Shown here: piece after piece, positions 1-10,867 of the stretch
How positions within the stretch are numbered: position 1 is the first letter of the stretch
Layout of the letters: the number at the start of each line of letters is the position of its first letter
Source: an uncultured bacterium
GTDB lineage: Bacteria; Acidobacteriota; HRBIN11; JAKEFK01
Assembly: GCA_963777505.1 (NCBI GenBank)
Contig: CAVZQN010000005.1
Span: 64,001 to 128,000 of the forward strand
Length of the DNA: 64,000 bases
Direction of reading: 5' to 3'
Made by a program: the position numbers and the translations under genes
Notes under the pieces: generated by a model
Databases searched by the model: none
Told to the model about the DNA's origin: nothing
The model's input: the letters and a program-made list of their open reading frames with translations, nothing else

Positions 1-2
1 CC

Positions 3-524
3 GATATGAGCCCGGCCAAACTTTTTGCGTTATTAATAAATGTGTTCGAAATTCTAAAAGCTCCGTTGTATTTTGATGATCTGATCAAGCTCATGATCGA
101 TCTCATTGGGATCCATGAATTAAGACAAGTAGAAGAAGCAGGAACGGAAAAGGAAAGTATTTTAGAGCGAATCGAAGATCAGCGAATGGATACTTCAACA
201 GAAATTGAGCATCGTCATTATTTGAAAAAACTTTGGAGTGAAATGATCATTCTCCCTTTACGCCAGCGGACAGCGTTGTTTTTGAGTATCCGTGATGAAG
301 AAGGAAGCAGCGTTTTGCATCTTATTCCTGTAACACGAATTGCATCGATCCATGCTATCGCTGAGTGCCTGGTGCTTTCACCTGAAGACTTTGCGAGTAT
401 GTGGGATAAGCTTCCACTGGAAGACAATGAAATTGCTTTGCGCATGGGCATTACCAGACAGCAAGTGATTAACTTACGGAGATCTGCAAGAGAAAGACTT
501 GCAAGGAGAATGAAACCATTTTAG
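3..524 (+). CDS. ECF-type RNA polymerase sigma factor, C-terminal part (5' end outside window)
   Basis: Frame is open from the window edge. Region-4-like end (LPLRQRTALFL...DNEIALRMGITRQQVINLRRSARERL). Lies directly upstream of a zinc anti-sigma gene. Confidence 0.75.
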   Translation, partial: DMSPAKLFALLINVFEILKAPLYFDDLIKLMIDLIGIHELRQVEEAGTEKESILERIEDQRMDTSTEIEHRHYLKKLWSEMIILPLRQRTALFLSIRDEEGSSVLHLIPVTRIASIHAIAECLVLSPEDFASMWDKLPLEDNEIALRMGITRQQVINLRRSARERLARRMKPF

Positions 525-585
525 GAATATCTTTTGAAATCCCTGCTCTTATTAGATTAGAGGGAATGGACCACATAAATCAGGA

Positions 586-1899
586 TTGGACCGAACAGTG
601 AGCGTTCATTTAACTGACAAGGAAATCCGAAAATATCACGAACACAGCCTTACCGCTCAAAGGGTACTGACAGCCGATCTTCATCTAAATGAGTGTGAAG
701 AGTGTGCGAAGAAACTGCATGAACTATCTGTCTTATCCATAACAAAAAGGATCAGCAATTTGCGTCGAGATTTTCACGAAACTGGGAGATTAGAACACGA
801 TCATATTTCATATGAGGAATTGGAAGCTCTTACAGATGGCAAACTGGATGACGTGGAACGTGAGATTGTTCAGAGTCATATTGAGTTGTGTTCACAGTGC
901 CGCAAAGAGGCAGAGGATCTCCGCAATTTTCGAAGTAGTTTCATTCAAGAAGCAGGACAAGATACCGGACGTGTAATTCCATGGCATCGTAACGCAATCG
1001 GCATTGTTTTGAGAATGGCTGGTGCCGCTGCAATGATCGCCATTGTTGTCTGGGCCGCAACATTGCCGATGCGAGATCGCATTAAAGTGTTAGAGGCGCA
1101 ACTCAAAGAAGCCAAAGAAGAAAATGTACGATCGATGCTTAAGAATTCCGAATTGCTCCAGGAATCAAAGGAATTGCAAACGGAAATTGCTGAATTGAAA
1201 GGATCTCAATCGCAAATTTCAATCACCGCATCGCTCAATGATAAAGGCTCTGTGGTGAGCCTGGACAAGCAGGGAAATATCGCAGGAATTACTTCTGCTT
1301 CACCGCTGTTTTTGGAAATGGCAAAAGATGCTTTGAAAAAACAAACGGTTGAAACACCTGCATTCCTTGCTGGATTGATCGGCAAACAGGGAATACTGCT
1401 TGGGGAATCAAACAATGGACCTCCATTTGAATTGATTGCACCTGTCGGCACTGTTTTGATGGAAGGTCGTCCAAATTTTCAATGGAAATCTCTGAAAGAT
1501 GCATCAGGATATCGCGTGCGTGTATATGACAAAAATTTTAAAGATGTCGCTGCAAGCGAAGTGATCAAGAATACAAACTGGATTCCACCGAATACTCTTC
1601 AGAGAGGGGAGACCTTCAATTGGGTTGTAACTGCATATGTTGCTGATAAGGAAGTCTCATCACCAGTGCCGCCGGCACCCGAAGCACGATTCAGAATACT
1701 AGATTCTGCTCAGTACAAACAGTTGCAGCAATTAAAACAAGATCTCACAAAATCACATCTACTAGCGGGATTGGCATATGCACAACTGGGTTTGCTGGAT
1801 GATTCGATTCTAGAATTCCAGCAGCTTGTCAATGACAATCCGGATTCACCCATCGCGAAGAAATTATTAGGCCGCGTCGAAGCCCTCCGCAAAAAATAA
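586..1899 (+). CDS. Anti-sigma factor-like protein: two zf-HC2 motifs, TM helix, coiled coil, C-terminal Ig-like/TPR region
   Basis: HLNECEEC and HIELCSQC (HxxxCxxC) motifs. Hydrophobic AGAAAMIAIVVWA segment. TPR-like end LAGLAYAQLGLLDDSILEFQQL. Confidence 0.8.
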   Translation: MDRTVSVHLTDKEIRKYHEHSLTAQRVLTADLHLNECEECAKKLHELSVLSITKRISNLRRDFHETGRLEHDHISYEELEALTDGKLDDVEREIVQSHIELCSQCRKEAEDLRNFRSSFIQEAGQDTGRVIPWHRNAIGIVLRMAGAAAMIAIVVWAATLPMRDRIKVLEAQLKEAKEENVRSMLKNSELLQESKELQTEIAELKGSQSQISITASLNDKGSVVSLDKQGNIAGITSASPLFLEMAKDALKKQTVETPAFLAGLIGKQGILLGESNNGPPFELIAPVGTVLMEGRPNFQWKSLKDASGYRVRVYDKNFKDVAASEVIKNTNWIPPNTLQRGETFNWVVTAYVADKEVSSPVPPAPEARFRILDSAQYKQLQQLKQDLTKSHLLAGLAYAQLGLLDDSILEFQQLVNDNPDSPIAKKLLGRVEALRKK

Positions 1900-1951
1900 A
1901 CTCTGCGTTTCGGCGGTTAATCTCAATTCTGACCGAGCCCTACTATATCGT

Positions 1952-1978
1952 TGTCGATTTTATGCTTTTCCAAACGAC
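1952..1978 (+). promoter_or_regulatory. Putative ECF42-type promoter, TGTCGA-N17-CGAC
   Basis: TTGTCGATTTT...AAACGACTATT upstream of the ECF sigma gene. A near-identical copy lies at 3616-3642. Confidence 0.65.
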
Positions 1979-2014
1979 TATTCAGTGTACGAATAATAAT
2001 AAGGAGAAAATAAG

Positions 2015-2206
2015 GTGTTGACCTTCGGCCCAACTCGATCAGGAGTCAGAATCGGATCCAAAGAAGAATGGCTCGAGGCGCGTCTGAAACGGATCTGGAA
2101 AAATCGGAAGAACTGGAATCATGTTGAGGCGAATCGTCCAGAAAGCAAAGTTGAGCCTGTACAGGTCGGCAAACTTCCACTCCTGAGCATTAACAGAATT
2201 GCATAG
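2015..2206 (+). pseudogene. Possible degenerate DUF899-family N-terminal remnant
   Basis: SKEEWLEARL resembles the DUF899 start (SREEWLAAR). An AAGGAG RBS lies at 2001-2006. The ORF is short and soon diverges. Confidence 0.3.
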
Positions 2207-2346
2207 TACTATAAATATAGTACGCAATGGTACACTTTGGCCGGATCACCCACCCAAACAGGAATCAAATTGTCATTTAGCGCCACGAAACTGAAGGCGA
2301 TCTCACTTCCGCCCTGGCATCGGTATAATAAGAAGCAGGTGATCCC

Positions 2347-3606
2347 ATGGCGGAAAATATCCCTCCCGAAAAAATGCAGGAAACGGTGGAAGCCGTCTAT
2401 CATTCTGAATCGCGGCGGGTTCTTGCAACTTTAATCCGGTTGCTTGGAGACTTCGATCTTGCCGAAGATGCGCTTCATGATGCATTTGCTGCTGCATTAA
2501 ATCAATGGCCGAAAGATGGTGTCCCAGCAAATCCAAGGGCATGGTTAGTTTCGACCGGCCGATTTAAAGCGATTGATAACATCCGCCGCCGTGCAAGATT
2601 TGATGCATCGCTTGGCGAATTTGCTGATCGCCTGAATGTGGACACCAGCGGTGGCATCCAGATGGACAATGTAGCCGTTGCTGATGATCAATTGCGGCTC
2701 ATCTTCACATGTTGTCATCCCGCTTTACCTCCTGATGCCCGTATTGCACTTACATTGCGTGAAGTTTGTGGTCTCACAACTGAAGAAATTGCACGCGCTT
2801 TTCTTGTTACTGCTCCAACTGTTGCTCAGCGGATTGTTCGCGCAAAAGCAAAAATTCGAGATGCCGGCATTCCTTATCAAGTGCCATCCTTATCTGATCT
2901 TCCGGAGCGTTTGAACACAGTACTCCATGTGATCTACCTTGTATTTAACGAAGGATACTCTGCGTCATCCGGTGATTCATTAACACGAGCAGATCTTTCC
3001 GCTGAAGCGATCCGTCTTGGGCGGCTTCTTGTGGAATTGCTCCCGGAGCCGGAAGTGATGGGACTTCTAGCGCTGATGATCCTTCATGAATCGCGGCGCA
3101 TCGCGCGATCGGATGAAAATGGTGAATTGATTCTGCTTGAAAAGCAGGATCGCAAACTCTGGAATCAAGATCAAATTGCAGAAGGATCCGCACTCCTGGA
3201 GCGTGCTTTCTCTTCGCGAAGACGATTCGGTCCATACACACTTCAAGCTGCAATTGCGTCTGTGCATGCTGATGCAAAGAACGCAGATGCAACGGACTGG
3301 ACCCAAATTGTGGCATTGTATGATGTTCTGATGCGGGTGGAACCTTCACCGATTGTTGAATTGAACCGTGCTGCAGCCGTAGCGATGCGCGATGGACCAG
3401 AAGCCGGAATTGCACTGATTGATGAAATTCTCGGGCGTGGAGATCTGGAAGCATATCATCTTACACATTCAGCTCGTGCCGATCTATGTCGTCGCCTTGG
3501 AAGAAAAAAAGAGGCTAAAGCTTCCTACGAACGTGCTTTAGAATTGGCCCGTCAAGAACCCGAACGCCGGTTTATTCAGCGGCGCCTCGATGAACTGCAG
3601 AGTTAA
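2347..3606 (+). CDS. ECF42-group sigma factor with C-terminal DUF6596/TPR extension
   Basis: LAEDALHDAF, WPKDGVPANPRAWL, DDQLRLIFTCCHPAL, VIYLVFNEGY and GPYTLQAAIA motifs. Adjacent to a YciI/DGPF gene. Confidence 0.93.
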   Translation: MAENIPPEKMQETVEAVYHSESRRVLATLIRLLGDFDLAEDALHDAFAAALNQWPKDGVPANPRAWLVSTGRFKAIDNIRRRARFDASLGEFADRLNVDTSGGIQMDNVAVADDQLRLIFTCCHPALPPDARIALTLREVCGLTTEEIARAFLVTAPTVAQRIVRAKAKIRDAGIPYQVPSLSDLPERLNTVLHVIYLVFNEGYSASSGDSLTRADLSAEAIRLGRLLVELLPEPEVMGLLALMILHESRRIARSDENGELILLEKQDRKLWNQDQIAEGSALLERAFSSRRRFGPYTLQAAIASVHADAKNADATDWTQIVALYDVLMRVEPSPIVELNRAAAVAMRDGPEAGIALIDEILGRGDLEAYHLTHSARADLCRRLGRKKEAKASYERALELARQEPERRFIQRRLDELQS

Positions 3607-3615
3607 ACTTTTGGT

Positions 3616-3642
3616 TGTCTATTTTGTATTTTGCAAAACGAC
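3616..3642 (+). promoter_or_regulatory. Putative ECF42-type promoter, TGTCTA-N17-CGAC, upstream of YciI gene
   Basis: TTGTCTATTTT...AAACGACTATT, with the same spacing as 1952-1978. A GGAGG RBS follows at about 3670. Confidence 0.65.
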
Positions 3643-3681
3643 TATTTAATAAATTGACGGGCTCTATTTGGAGGATTTTTT

Positions 3682-4047
3682 ATGAAGTATATGTGCCTGA
3701 TCTATTATGACGATAAAAAGCTGGACGCTCTCCCCAAGAACGAATATGACTCACTTGTTGATGAAGCTTTGGAATATGATGAAGAGCTTCAGAAAAGTGG
3801 AAACAGCTTAGCGCGCGGCGCCCTACAGTCAGTACACACTGCAACCTCCATCCGTATCCAAAACGGAAAGTTAGTGATTACCGATGGTCCCTTCGTTGAA
3901 ACAAAAGAACAACTTGGAGGCATCGTTGTCATTGAAGCAAGAGACCTGAATGAAGCCATTCATATGGCATCGAAACTTCCACCGGCGCGACTCGGTGGTG
4001 TCGAAGTTCGGCCTATCAGGGAATTAAGCAAAAGTTCAAGGAAATGA
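3682..4047 (+). CDS. YciI/DGPF-family protein
   Basis: MKYMCLIY start. ITDGPFVETKEQLGG and VEVRPI motifs. Confidence 0.93.
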   Translation: MKYMCLIYYDDKKLDALPKNEYDSLVDEALEYDEELQKSGNSLARGALQSVHTATSIRIQNGKLVITDGPFVETKEQLGGIVVIEARDLNEAIHMASKLPPARLGGVEVRPIRELSKSSRK

Positions 4048-4074
4048 TTCGATCTGCGCGGTAAAAAGAATGCA

Positions 4075-4452
4075 ATGACCTCTTCAGAATTTTTAATTAC
4101 CTATCCAAAGAACCTTCGAGTGATCACAGAGCGCGTTCGCGATTTAGTGCGTTCTACATTTCCATCAGCGCAGGAAAAAGTCTACACAGGCTGGAAACTA
4201 ATCGGATACAGGTTACCTGCCGGTAAAAAGAGTCGATATTTCTGCTGCATTGTTCCCCAGAAGAAAGAAAATGATGTTTTGCTAGGATTCGAATATGGCA
4301 TCGCGATGCAGGACCCGAAAAATCTCATGGAAGGGAAGGGAACTAAAGTACGGTTTGTGCGGATCAAAAAGAACCATCAATACAACGATGAAGACCTGGT
4401 CTGGTTGATTGAGGAAGGAGCTAAAGTAGCATTGGACTTCAGGTCTATGTAG
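4075..4452 (+). CDS. DUF1801 (YdhG-like) domain protein
   Basis: EKVYTGWKLIGY and LGFEYG...DPKNLMEGKGTKVRFVRI motifs. Confidence 0.75.
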   Translation: MTSSEFLITYPKNLRVITERVRDLVRSTFPSAQEKVYTGWKLIGYRLPAGKKSRYFCCIVPQKKENDVLLGFEYGIAMQDPKNLMEGKGTKVRFVRIKKNHQYNDEDLVWLIEEGAKVALDFRSM

Positions 4453-4460
4453 AAAAAAAG

Positions 4461-5036
4461 ATGATAGATAAAGATGAAATTGTTCTGGCATTTCAATCTC
4501 AAAAAGATTGGAGACGATGGCTTGCGAAAAGCCATTCCACTTCAAATGGGATCTGGTTGAGACTTTTCAAAAAAGCCTCAGGTGTTGCGACAGTTACGCA
4601 TGATGAAGCTCTAGACGAGGCTTTGTGTTACGGGTGGATTGATGGTCAGGTAAAAAAATATGATGAAACTTCCTGGCTTCAGAAATTTACACCGCGGCGC
4701 ACGAAAAGCATTTGGTCTAAACGGAACAGAGATCATACTGCCCGGCTGATTTCACTTGGAAAAATGACTCCAGCAGGTTTGAAAGAGATAGAAACAGCCA
4801 AAGCAGACGGACGCTGGGAACAGGCGTATGATTCACCAGCGGCAATGCAAATGCCTCAGGATTTTTTAAAAGAGCTTTCAAAAAACAAAAAAGCAAAAGC
4901 ATTTTATGAAAGTCTGAACAAAGCAAACACCTATTCGATTCTGTGGAGGCTTCAGACTGCAAAAAAACCTGAGACGCGAGAAAAACGCATGAAAGCAATC
5001 CTCGAAATGTTAAAACAGGGTAAGAAGTTTCATTGA
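4461..5036 (+). CDS. YdeI/OmpD-associated family protein
   Basis: ALDEALCYGWIDG, FTPRRTKSIWSKRN and TAKKPETREKR motifs. Confidence 0.92.
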   Translation: MIDKDEIVLAFQSQKDWRRWLAKSHSTSNGIWLRLFKKASGVATVTHDEALDEALCYGWIDGQVKKYDETSWLQKFTPRRTKSIWSKRNRDHTARLISLGKMTPAGLKEIETAKADGRWEQAYDSPAAMQMPQDFLKELSKNKKAKAFYESLNKANTYSILWRLQTAKKPETREKRMKAILEMLKQGKKFH

Positions 5037-5051
5037 GCGGGGCTATTCTTT

Positions 5052-6690
5052 TTATTGGTTTCTGGCTAAACCAGATTGGCGTGCCTGACGTCTTGCAACC
5101 ATCAATTCGCGCTGAACGATTTCGGGCTGATTGTTAATCTTTAATCTTTCTTCGAGGATTGGAATTGCGATATCGGGACGTCCGGCCATGCGCCATGCGA
5201 CTCCAAGATTGAAAAGCGCATACGCGTACGAAACATCTTTTGTGCCTTGGGGAAAGGAGCGTACCGATTGCTCTAGTAGCGGAATCGCTTCTGAAGGGCG
5301 TCCAGCTTTAATCAATGTATAACCTTTGCTATTTAAGAAACGTCCTCTCAGGATTCTCTGCTGGTCATTCAACTCAAGCGCTCGCTGTGTTGATGCTGGC
5401 ATTGATGGATCAGGTTCCTGATCCTCCACGATCCCTGTCTCGATTTCGGTTGGCACTGCTTCGATGATTTCCGATTCTTCGGAAGGTTTAGGCGCTGGAA
5501 CACTTCTAATTTGTTTCTTTGGCCTTGATGTAATTTCACTTTTCGATTGAGCCGGCGATTCCGGCTTGGGAGATAAATTCGTTTTTTCTTTTAACTGTGG
5601 AACGTTAGGAGTTATTTCTGGATTGTTTGCATCATTTTCCTGAATAGGTGTGGGCTGGGAGAAACTCTGCTGCCACACAAAGAGCAAGAGGAGAAGAACA
5701 ACAACAGCTCCAGTCGCTGTACCGATTACAACTTTCGCGCGTCTTAATTTGGAGTAATTAAAATGTTCCTTAACATCTTTTCCGCATAGCGGACATAAAA
5801 CTGAATGATCCGGGATCAATTTGGAACAGTGTGAACAATAACGTCTCATGATCAAGATCTGGCAATGAGGACAATTGATGTCATCGGGTTTAATGGCTCC
5901 GCCACACTGCAAACAGATGGAACCATCGATTTCTCTTTCAGGTTCATCTTCAGATAATTGAATCCGCAGTGGTTCTGTTTTTTGAGTTTCTTCTATCGGA
6001 AATATTATCTTTTGAGTGTCCTCTTCGAGATGGTGAACGGCTGGTGCAATTTCAGCTGGTGCAATTTCAGCTGGAGCAATTTCAGCTGGAGCAATTTCAG
6101 CTGGAGCAATTTCAGCTGGAGCAATTTCAGCTGGAGCAATTTCAGCTGGAGCAATTTCAGCTGGAGCAACTTCAGCTGGAGCAACTTCAGCTGGATCAAC
6201 TTCAGCTGGAGCAATTTCAGCTGGAGCAATTTCAGCTGGAGCAATTTCAGCTGGAGCAATTTCAGCTGGATGCAACTTCAGCTGGTGCAACTTCAGCTGG
6301 CGCAATTTCAGCCGGTTCCATTTCAGGCGTTTCGCTTTTCTTCAGAACTGATTTCAATAACGCGGATGAAACGAAGTTATTTGCAGAAAGAGACAATGCA
6401 TTTTCGCCTGCAGCATTCACAAATTCTGCGTTTGCACCTGCGTCGATCAGGATCTCGACAATATTGACGGAGCCGCAGGCAGCTGCACTCATCAATGGTG
6501 TGCGTCCATTTTCATCCACGGCATTCACATCGGCTCCAAGCTGAATCAAGTCCGCAGCCATTTCCGCATCCTTTAAAAGTATGGCAACGGATAAGCCTTT
6601 TGATTTTGAAATTGGAAAGCCGCAAGTGAGACACATCAGAGCGCTCGATGAAACCTGGGAGGAACACTCCGGGCACTGCACTAAAGACAC
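5052..6690 (-). CDS. Zn-ribbon + ankyrin + EIAPA repeat + double Zn-ribbon + TM + TPR protein (frameshift at about 6271; joins ORFs 6262-6690 and 5052-6305)
   Basis: N-terminal CPEC/CLTC. Ankyrin GADVNAVDENGRTPLMSAA. Four more CxxC pairs, a TM helix and a C-terminal TPR. One extra base inside the tandem repeat splits the frame. Confidence 0.8.
6046..6316. repeat. 15-bp tandem repeat, about 18 units (GCAATTTCAGCTGGA; encodes EIAPA/EVAPA on the minus strand)
   Basis: 15 in-phase units at 6046-6270, a 1-nt insertion at about 6271, then 3 more units. Confidence 0.97.
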
Positions 6691-6758
6691 TGAATGACTC
6701 CTTTTAACTACTTTTAATTATAAGCACCTAAAACAGCAATTGGGTTACAACGGTGCTT

Positions 6759-9274
6759 TTACTGGAAGCTTCCAAACCCGGCGTCGCGTGCCTGCTGCTT
6801 GGCAGTTTTTAATTCGCGTGCAGCTTCGTCGCGCTGATTACTTATTTTAATTCTTTTTTCTAAAATCGGAATTGCTATGTCTGGTCTGCCCGCCATTCGC
6901 CAGGCAATGCCCAAATTAAGCAAAGCAGAGGCATATTCAACGTCTTTTTTCCCTTTTGACAAAGATCTCAGCGATTTCTCCAATAAAGGAATTGCTTCAC
7001 CGGGACGTCCCTGTCGAATTAAAGCTATTCCTTCATTGTTCAAGGATTGATTCTTTTGAATGTCCTCTACATCTGTTCTTGTGGGTTCTGGTTTCTTAAA
7101 AGTGGCGCTCGCAATCACTGCCTCGGCTGGCTGCTGTGTTTTTCGTTTCGATTTTGTTGAAACGGCAGAGGAATCTTTTTTGATCCACGATTGTTTGGCG
7201 TCTGCTCTTTTGGTCGAGCTTTTTTTAACGGTTGCCTTGCTCTCGGAAATTATTGGCTTCGGTTCCGGCTTAGTCTCGTGAGGAATAAACGTTACAGCTT
7301 TTTTGATAGGTTCAGTTTTCGAGGCGGACTGTTGTTGGATTGGACTACGAATTGCACCTTGTCCGGCTAATCTTGAGTTTGGAGTGGGCCACGTCAAAAA
7401 CATAAGAAAAACCAAAATACATAAGGCGCCGGTAATGCCGATTATGAACTTCTCAGGATTTAGATTCGAAAAATAGTACGGTTCAGGAATGTGTATTTGT
7501 TTTTCCTCTGGTTCGAACAACTGCTGGGAAGTTCTTCCTGATCCCATATAGTCGGTTCGAGCTCAATCCACTGCGGTTCACTAAACTTCGATCGAAACTG
7601 TTGAGCGGTAGGAAATTCTTTTGATGATTGCTCAAAAGCGAAATCAGTATTCGGTTGAGTGAATGCAGGTGTTTCGAAAATTGGCGCTTCAATAATTCCA
7701 GGTTGTACATCAGAGGCTTGCAGCTCAGTCATGAATGTCAGGAAAGGATCACTAGAATTTGGAGCATTTTCGATGAACAGCTCCTCAACAATGGGCTCTT
7801 CTATCTGAGTGTATGGTTCTTCTTCTTGAACAGATAGTTCTTCAACAGTCTCAACTTCCGGGAGCTCGGTTGGTGACTGGCTGGCAATTTCAATCGGTTC
7901 TGGAACGATTAATGGAGATATGAAAGCGGTTTCTTCAATAATCTCTTCATGGTTGAGAATGTTGGAGAATTCCTCGATTGCTCGCGGTTCGTAGGTTTGC
8001 AGCTCGGCGGTTTGAAGATCCTGCGGATTGTTAAATTGCAGACTGAGGAAAGGCTGATGCGGGTTGGGTATCTCCAGGAATTCGGCAACCGGTTCAGCGA
8101 TTGGATCTTGATCAGGCGCAGATTCCTGGGCATTCGATGTTGAAGGCACATAGTCTTCAACCCGATTTTCCCAGGTCATTGATTCAGTAAAAGTCTGCTG
8201 GTCTGCTATCAATCTCATGAATGGATCGTCAAGATCAGGATCGTTTTCGAGCGGTTGTTCCTCAACAGGTTCTTCTACTTGAGCGGCTGTTTCTTCTGCA
8301 GTCACAATTTCCGGCACAATTTTTGGCGCAGCTTCTTCCGTCTTGGAGTTGAATTCCACATAGTCTGTTATGAAACTCATGAAAGGGTCCTCAAAATCAG
8401 GATCGTTTTCGAAGAAAACTTCCTCGATAGCGAGTTCTTCTATCTCGGTGTTGGTTTCTGCGACTGCTTCCATTTGAGGTGGATCGTTCAGTGCCTCGAT
8501 GGCGATTTCAATCGGTTCTGAAACGATTAAGGGAGATATAAAAGCGGTTTCTTCAATAATCTCTTCATTATTAATGGTGCCGGAAAATTCCTCGACGGGT
8601 GGAGGTTCGGCGATTTGAAGGTCAGCGGCTTGAATTTCCTCCGGAATGTTAAAGGAAAAACTGAGGAAAGGTTCATGTAGATTATCAGGTATTGCCTGAA
8701 GTTCGTCGTCAACAGAAGCTTTAGGCTTCACTGCAGTTTCTTCGACTATATTTGGCTCTACCTGCATTTCTTGCTCATTGCGGGAAAGCGGCTGGGTAGC
8801 ATCAAAGTCTACTTTCTGCGCAACAGGTGATTCTGGTGTAGCTATGGATACGGGTTGGGATTCTTCGACGGTGGGCGTGGTGGATTGTTGAGGCTCTTTC
8901 TTATGAAGAGAAATAAATCTTGAAACGACAACGGCTCTTCTTAGAATCTTCTCGACATCTCTTGTTCTTGCTGTCGATATTGCCGTCTCGCCAGCCTCAT
9001 TTACAAATTCAGGTCTTGCACCTGCGGCCATGAGCATCTGGACGATTTCGGTGCTTCCTATAGATGAAGCAACCATCAAAGGGGTTCGTCCATTCTTGTC
9101 TACGCTATTTACGTCGGCGCCAAGTTGAATTAAACCGGCAACCATATCGCGATCGTTTGTTAAGATTGCAGACGAGAGACCCATCAACTTCGAAACAGGG
9201 AAGTTGCATTCAGGACACGCGATCGCCGTACCTGGTACTTCGACAGAACATTCTGGACAGTGTATGGAATTCAT
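6759..9274 (-). CDS. Paralogous Zn-ribbon + ankyrin + acidic linker + TM + TPR protein (frameshift at about 7527)
   Basis: CPEC/CPEC and ankyrin N-terminus. The C-terminal NLGIAWRMAGRPDIAIPILE is nearly identical to the neighbouring gene. Adding one base to the run at 7526-7528 joins ORFs 7460-9274 and 6759-7547. Confidence 0.8.
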
Positions 9275-9423
9275 TTCGAACCCTTATCAATCTATTATAG
9301 GCGTTCGAGTAGTTGTTGGTATAGGGGACGAAATAAAAAACTCAGGCTGAAACTTGTAAATTATTCTTTAGCGTACGCGAGTCAAGTTCCATATTCATCA
9401 AGCCCCGATGTAAAATAGAAATC

Positions 9424-10822
9424 ATGATTAAGAAAACTTTCATATTCCTTGCCGTTTTAGTATGGTCCACCTTTATTTTTGCTGATTCTGTCGATGAATA
9501 TCTTGAATCTCAGCTGAAGGAGCAGAAAATTCCAGGAATTTCGCTTGCCATTGTTAAGGATGGAACAATTGTCAAGGCGCAAGGTTATGGGTTCTCCAAC
9601 CTGGAACATCAGGTTCCGGCCAAACCAGAAACGATCTACCAATCTGGATCTGTGGGCAAACAATTCACAGCTACGGCTGTAATGATGCTTGTTCAAGACG
9701 GAAAAATCGCTTTGGATGATCCAATCACGAAATATTTTGAAGATACACCCAAGTTTTGGAAAAAGATTACCGTCCGTCATTTGCTGACCCATACCTCGGG
9801 AATTCCTGATTACACAGGTGGAGATGTCAATTACCGTAGTGATTATAACGAAGATGCTCTTCTTAAGATATTGATGAAATTGAAGCCAGAGTTTTCTCCT
9901 GGTGAAAAATGGAATTACAGTAATTCAGGTTACATGTTGCTCGGTTTTTTGATTCGCAAAGTCACAGGGAAATTTTATGGCGATGTGCTTGAAGAGCGCG
10001 TATTCGGTCCCCTTGGAATGACAACGGCGCAAGTAATCAGCGAAGCGCAGATTATTCCGAATCGAGCTGCCGGATATGAAGTGGATAAGGATAAATTAAA
10101 AAACCAGGATTGGGTTTCACCAACATTAAATACGACTGCCGACGGTGCACTCTATTTGACCGTTCTGGATATGGCTCGCTGGGATGAAGGCCAATACGGG
10201 ACAAAATTGCTTCAGCCGGAAAGTTTTACAAAGATGTGGACCCCTGTGATGCTGAACAATCAAACATCATATCCATATGGATTCGGCTGGCGCCTTGGGT
10301 TATCAGCGCGGCCATCGGATCATTGAACATGGTGGGCACTGGCAAGGTTTCAGTACAGCGATCAGCCGGTATCCTGATTACAAATTGACCGTAATCATTT
10401 TAACGAATCTTTCCGATATCAACGCAGTATCGATTGCTGAGGAAGTTGCAGGAATTTATGAACCTGCTTTGCAATCTGTCAGGAACCTGCAGCCAGCAGC
10501 AGAATCAGATCCAGTATTGACTGCAAAACTAAAGCAAATGCTGTTGGATGTTGGAGCGGAAAAAGATCCGGAAATCCTGATGCCGACGTTCCGTGAGTTG
10601 CTCGAGGACTATAGGGAGGAAGAAATTTCTATAATTGCCAGGGATTTGAAGGCCTTTGAACCTCTGGGGTGTGATCAAGTGCAAGGTGAACCGATGGAGT
10701 TTTATGGGGGCAAGGCTGTTCAATTCTGCAATTATCGCGTTGAGAGCCCTGGTAAGCTTCGCTTCCTGACGGCAGGGATTACTGCAGAAGGTAAGATTAC
10801 AGAATTTTCGCTGGCGAAATAA
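9424..10822 (+). CDS. Secreted serine hydrolase, beta-lactamase/AmpC-like family (frameshift at about 10297)
   Basis: Signal peptide, SVGK (SxxK), YSN and [13 protein letters not shown] continues in the other frame after a GGG run. Confidence 0.88.
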
Positions 10823-10867
10823 GCCGGGGTTTGTCGTAATTCGTCTCAATCACTACATTTAAATACC

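Noticed and set aside
6046-6316. Tandem repeat as a CRISPR array
   Set aside because: The units are contiguous 15-mers with no unique spacers, lie inside a CDS, and no cas genes are present.
5958-6544. Alternative-frame ORFs (SNFSW, QFQLE, QLKLL repeats)
   Set aside because: These are shadow frames of the stop-free 15-bp repeat.
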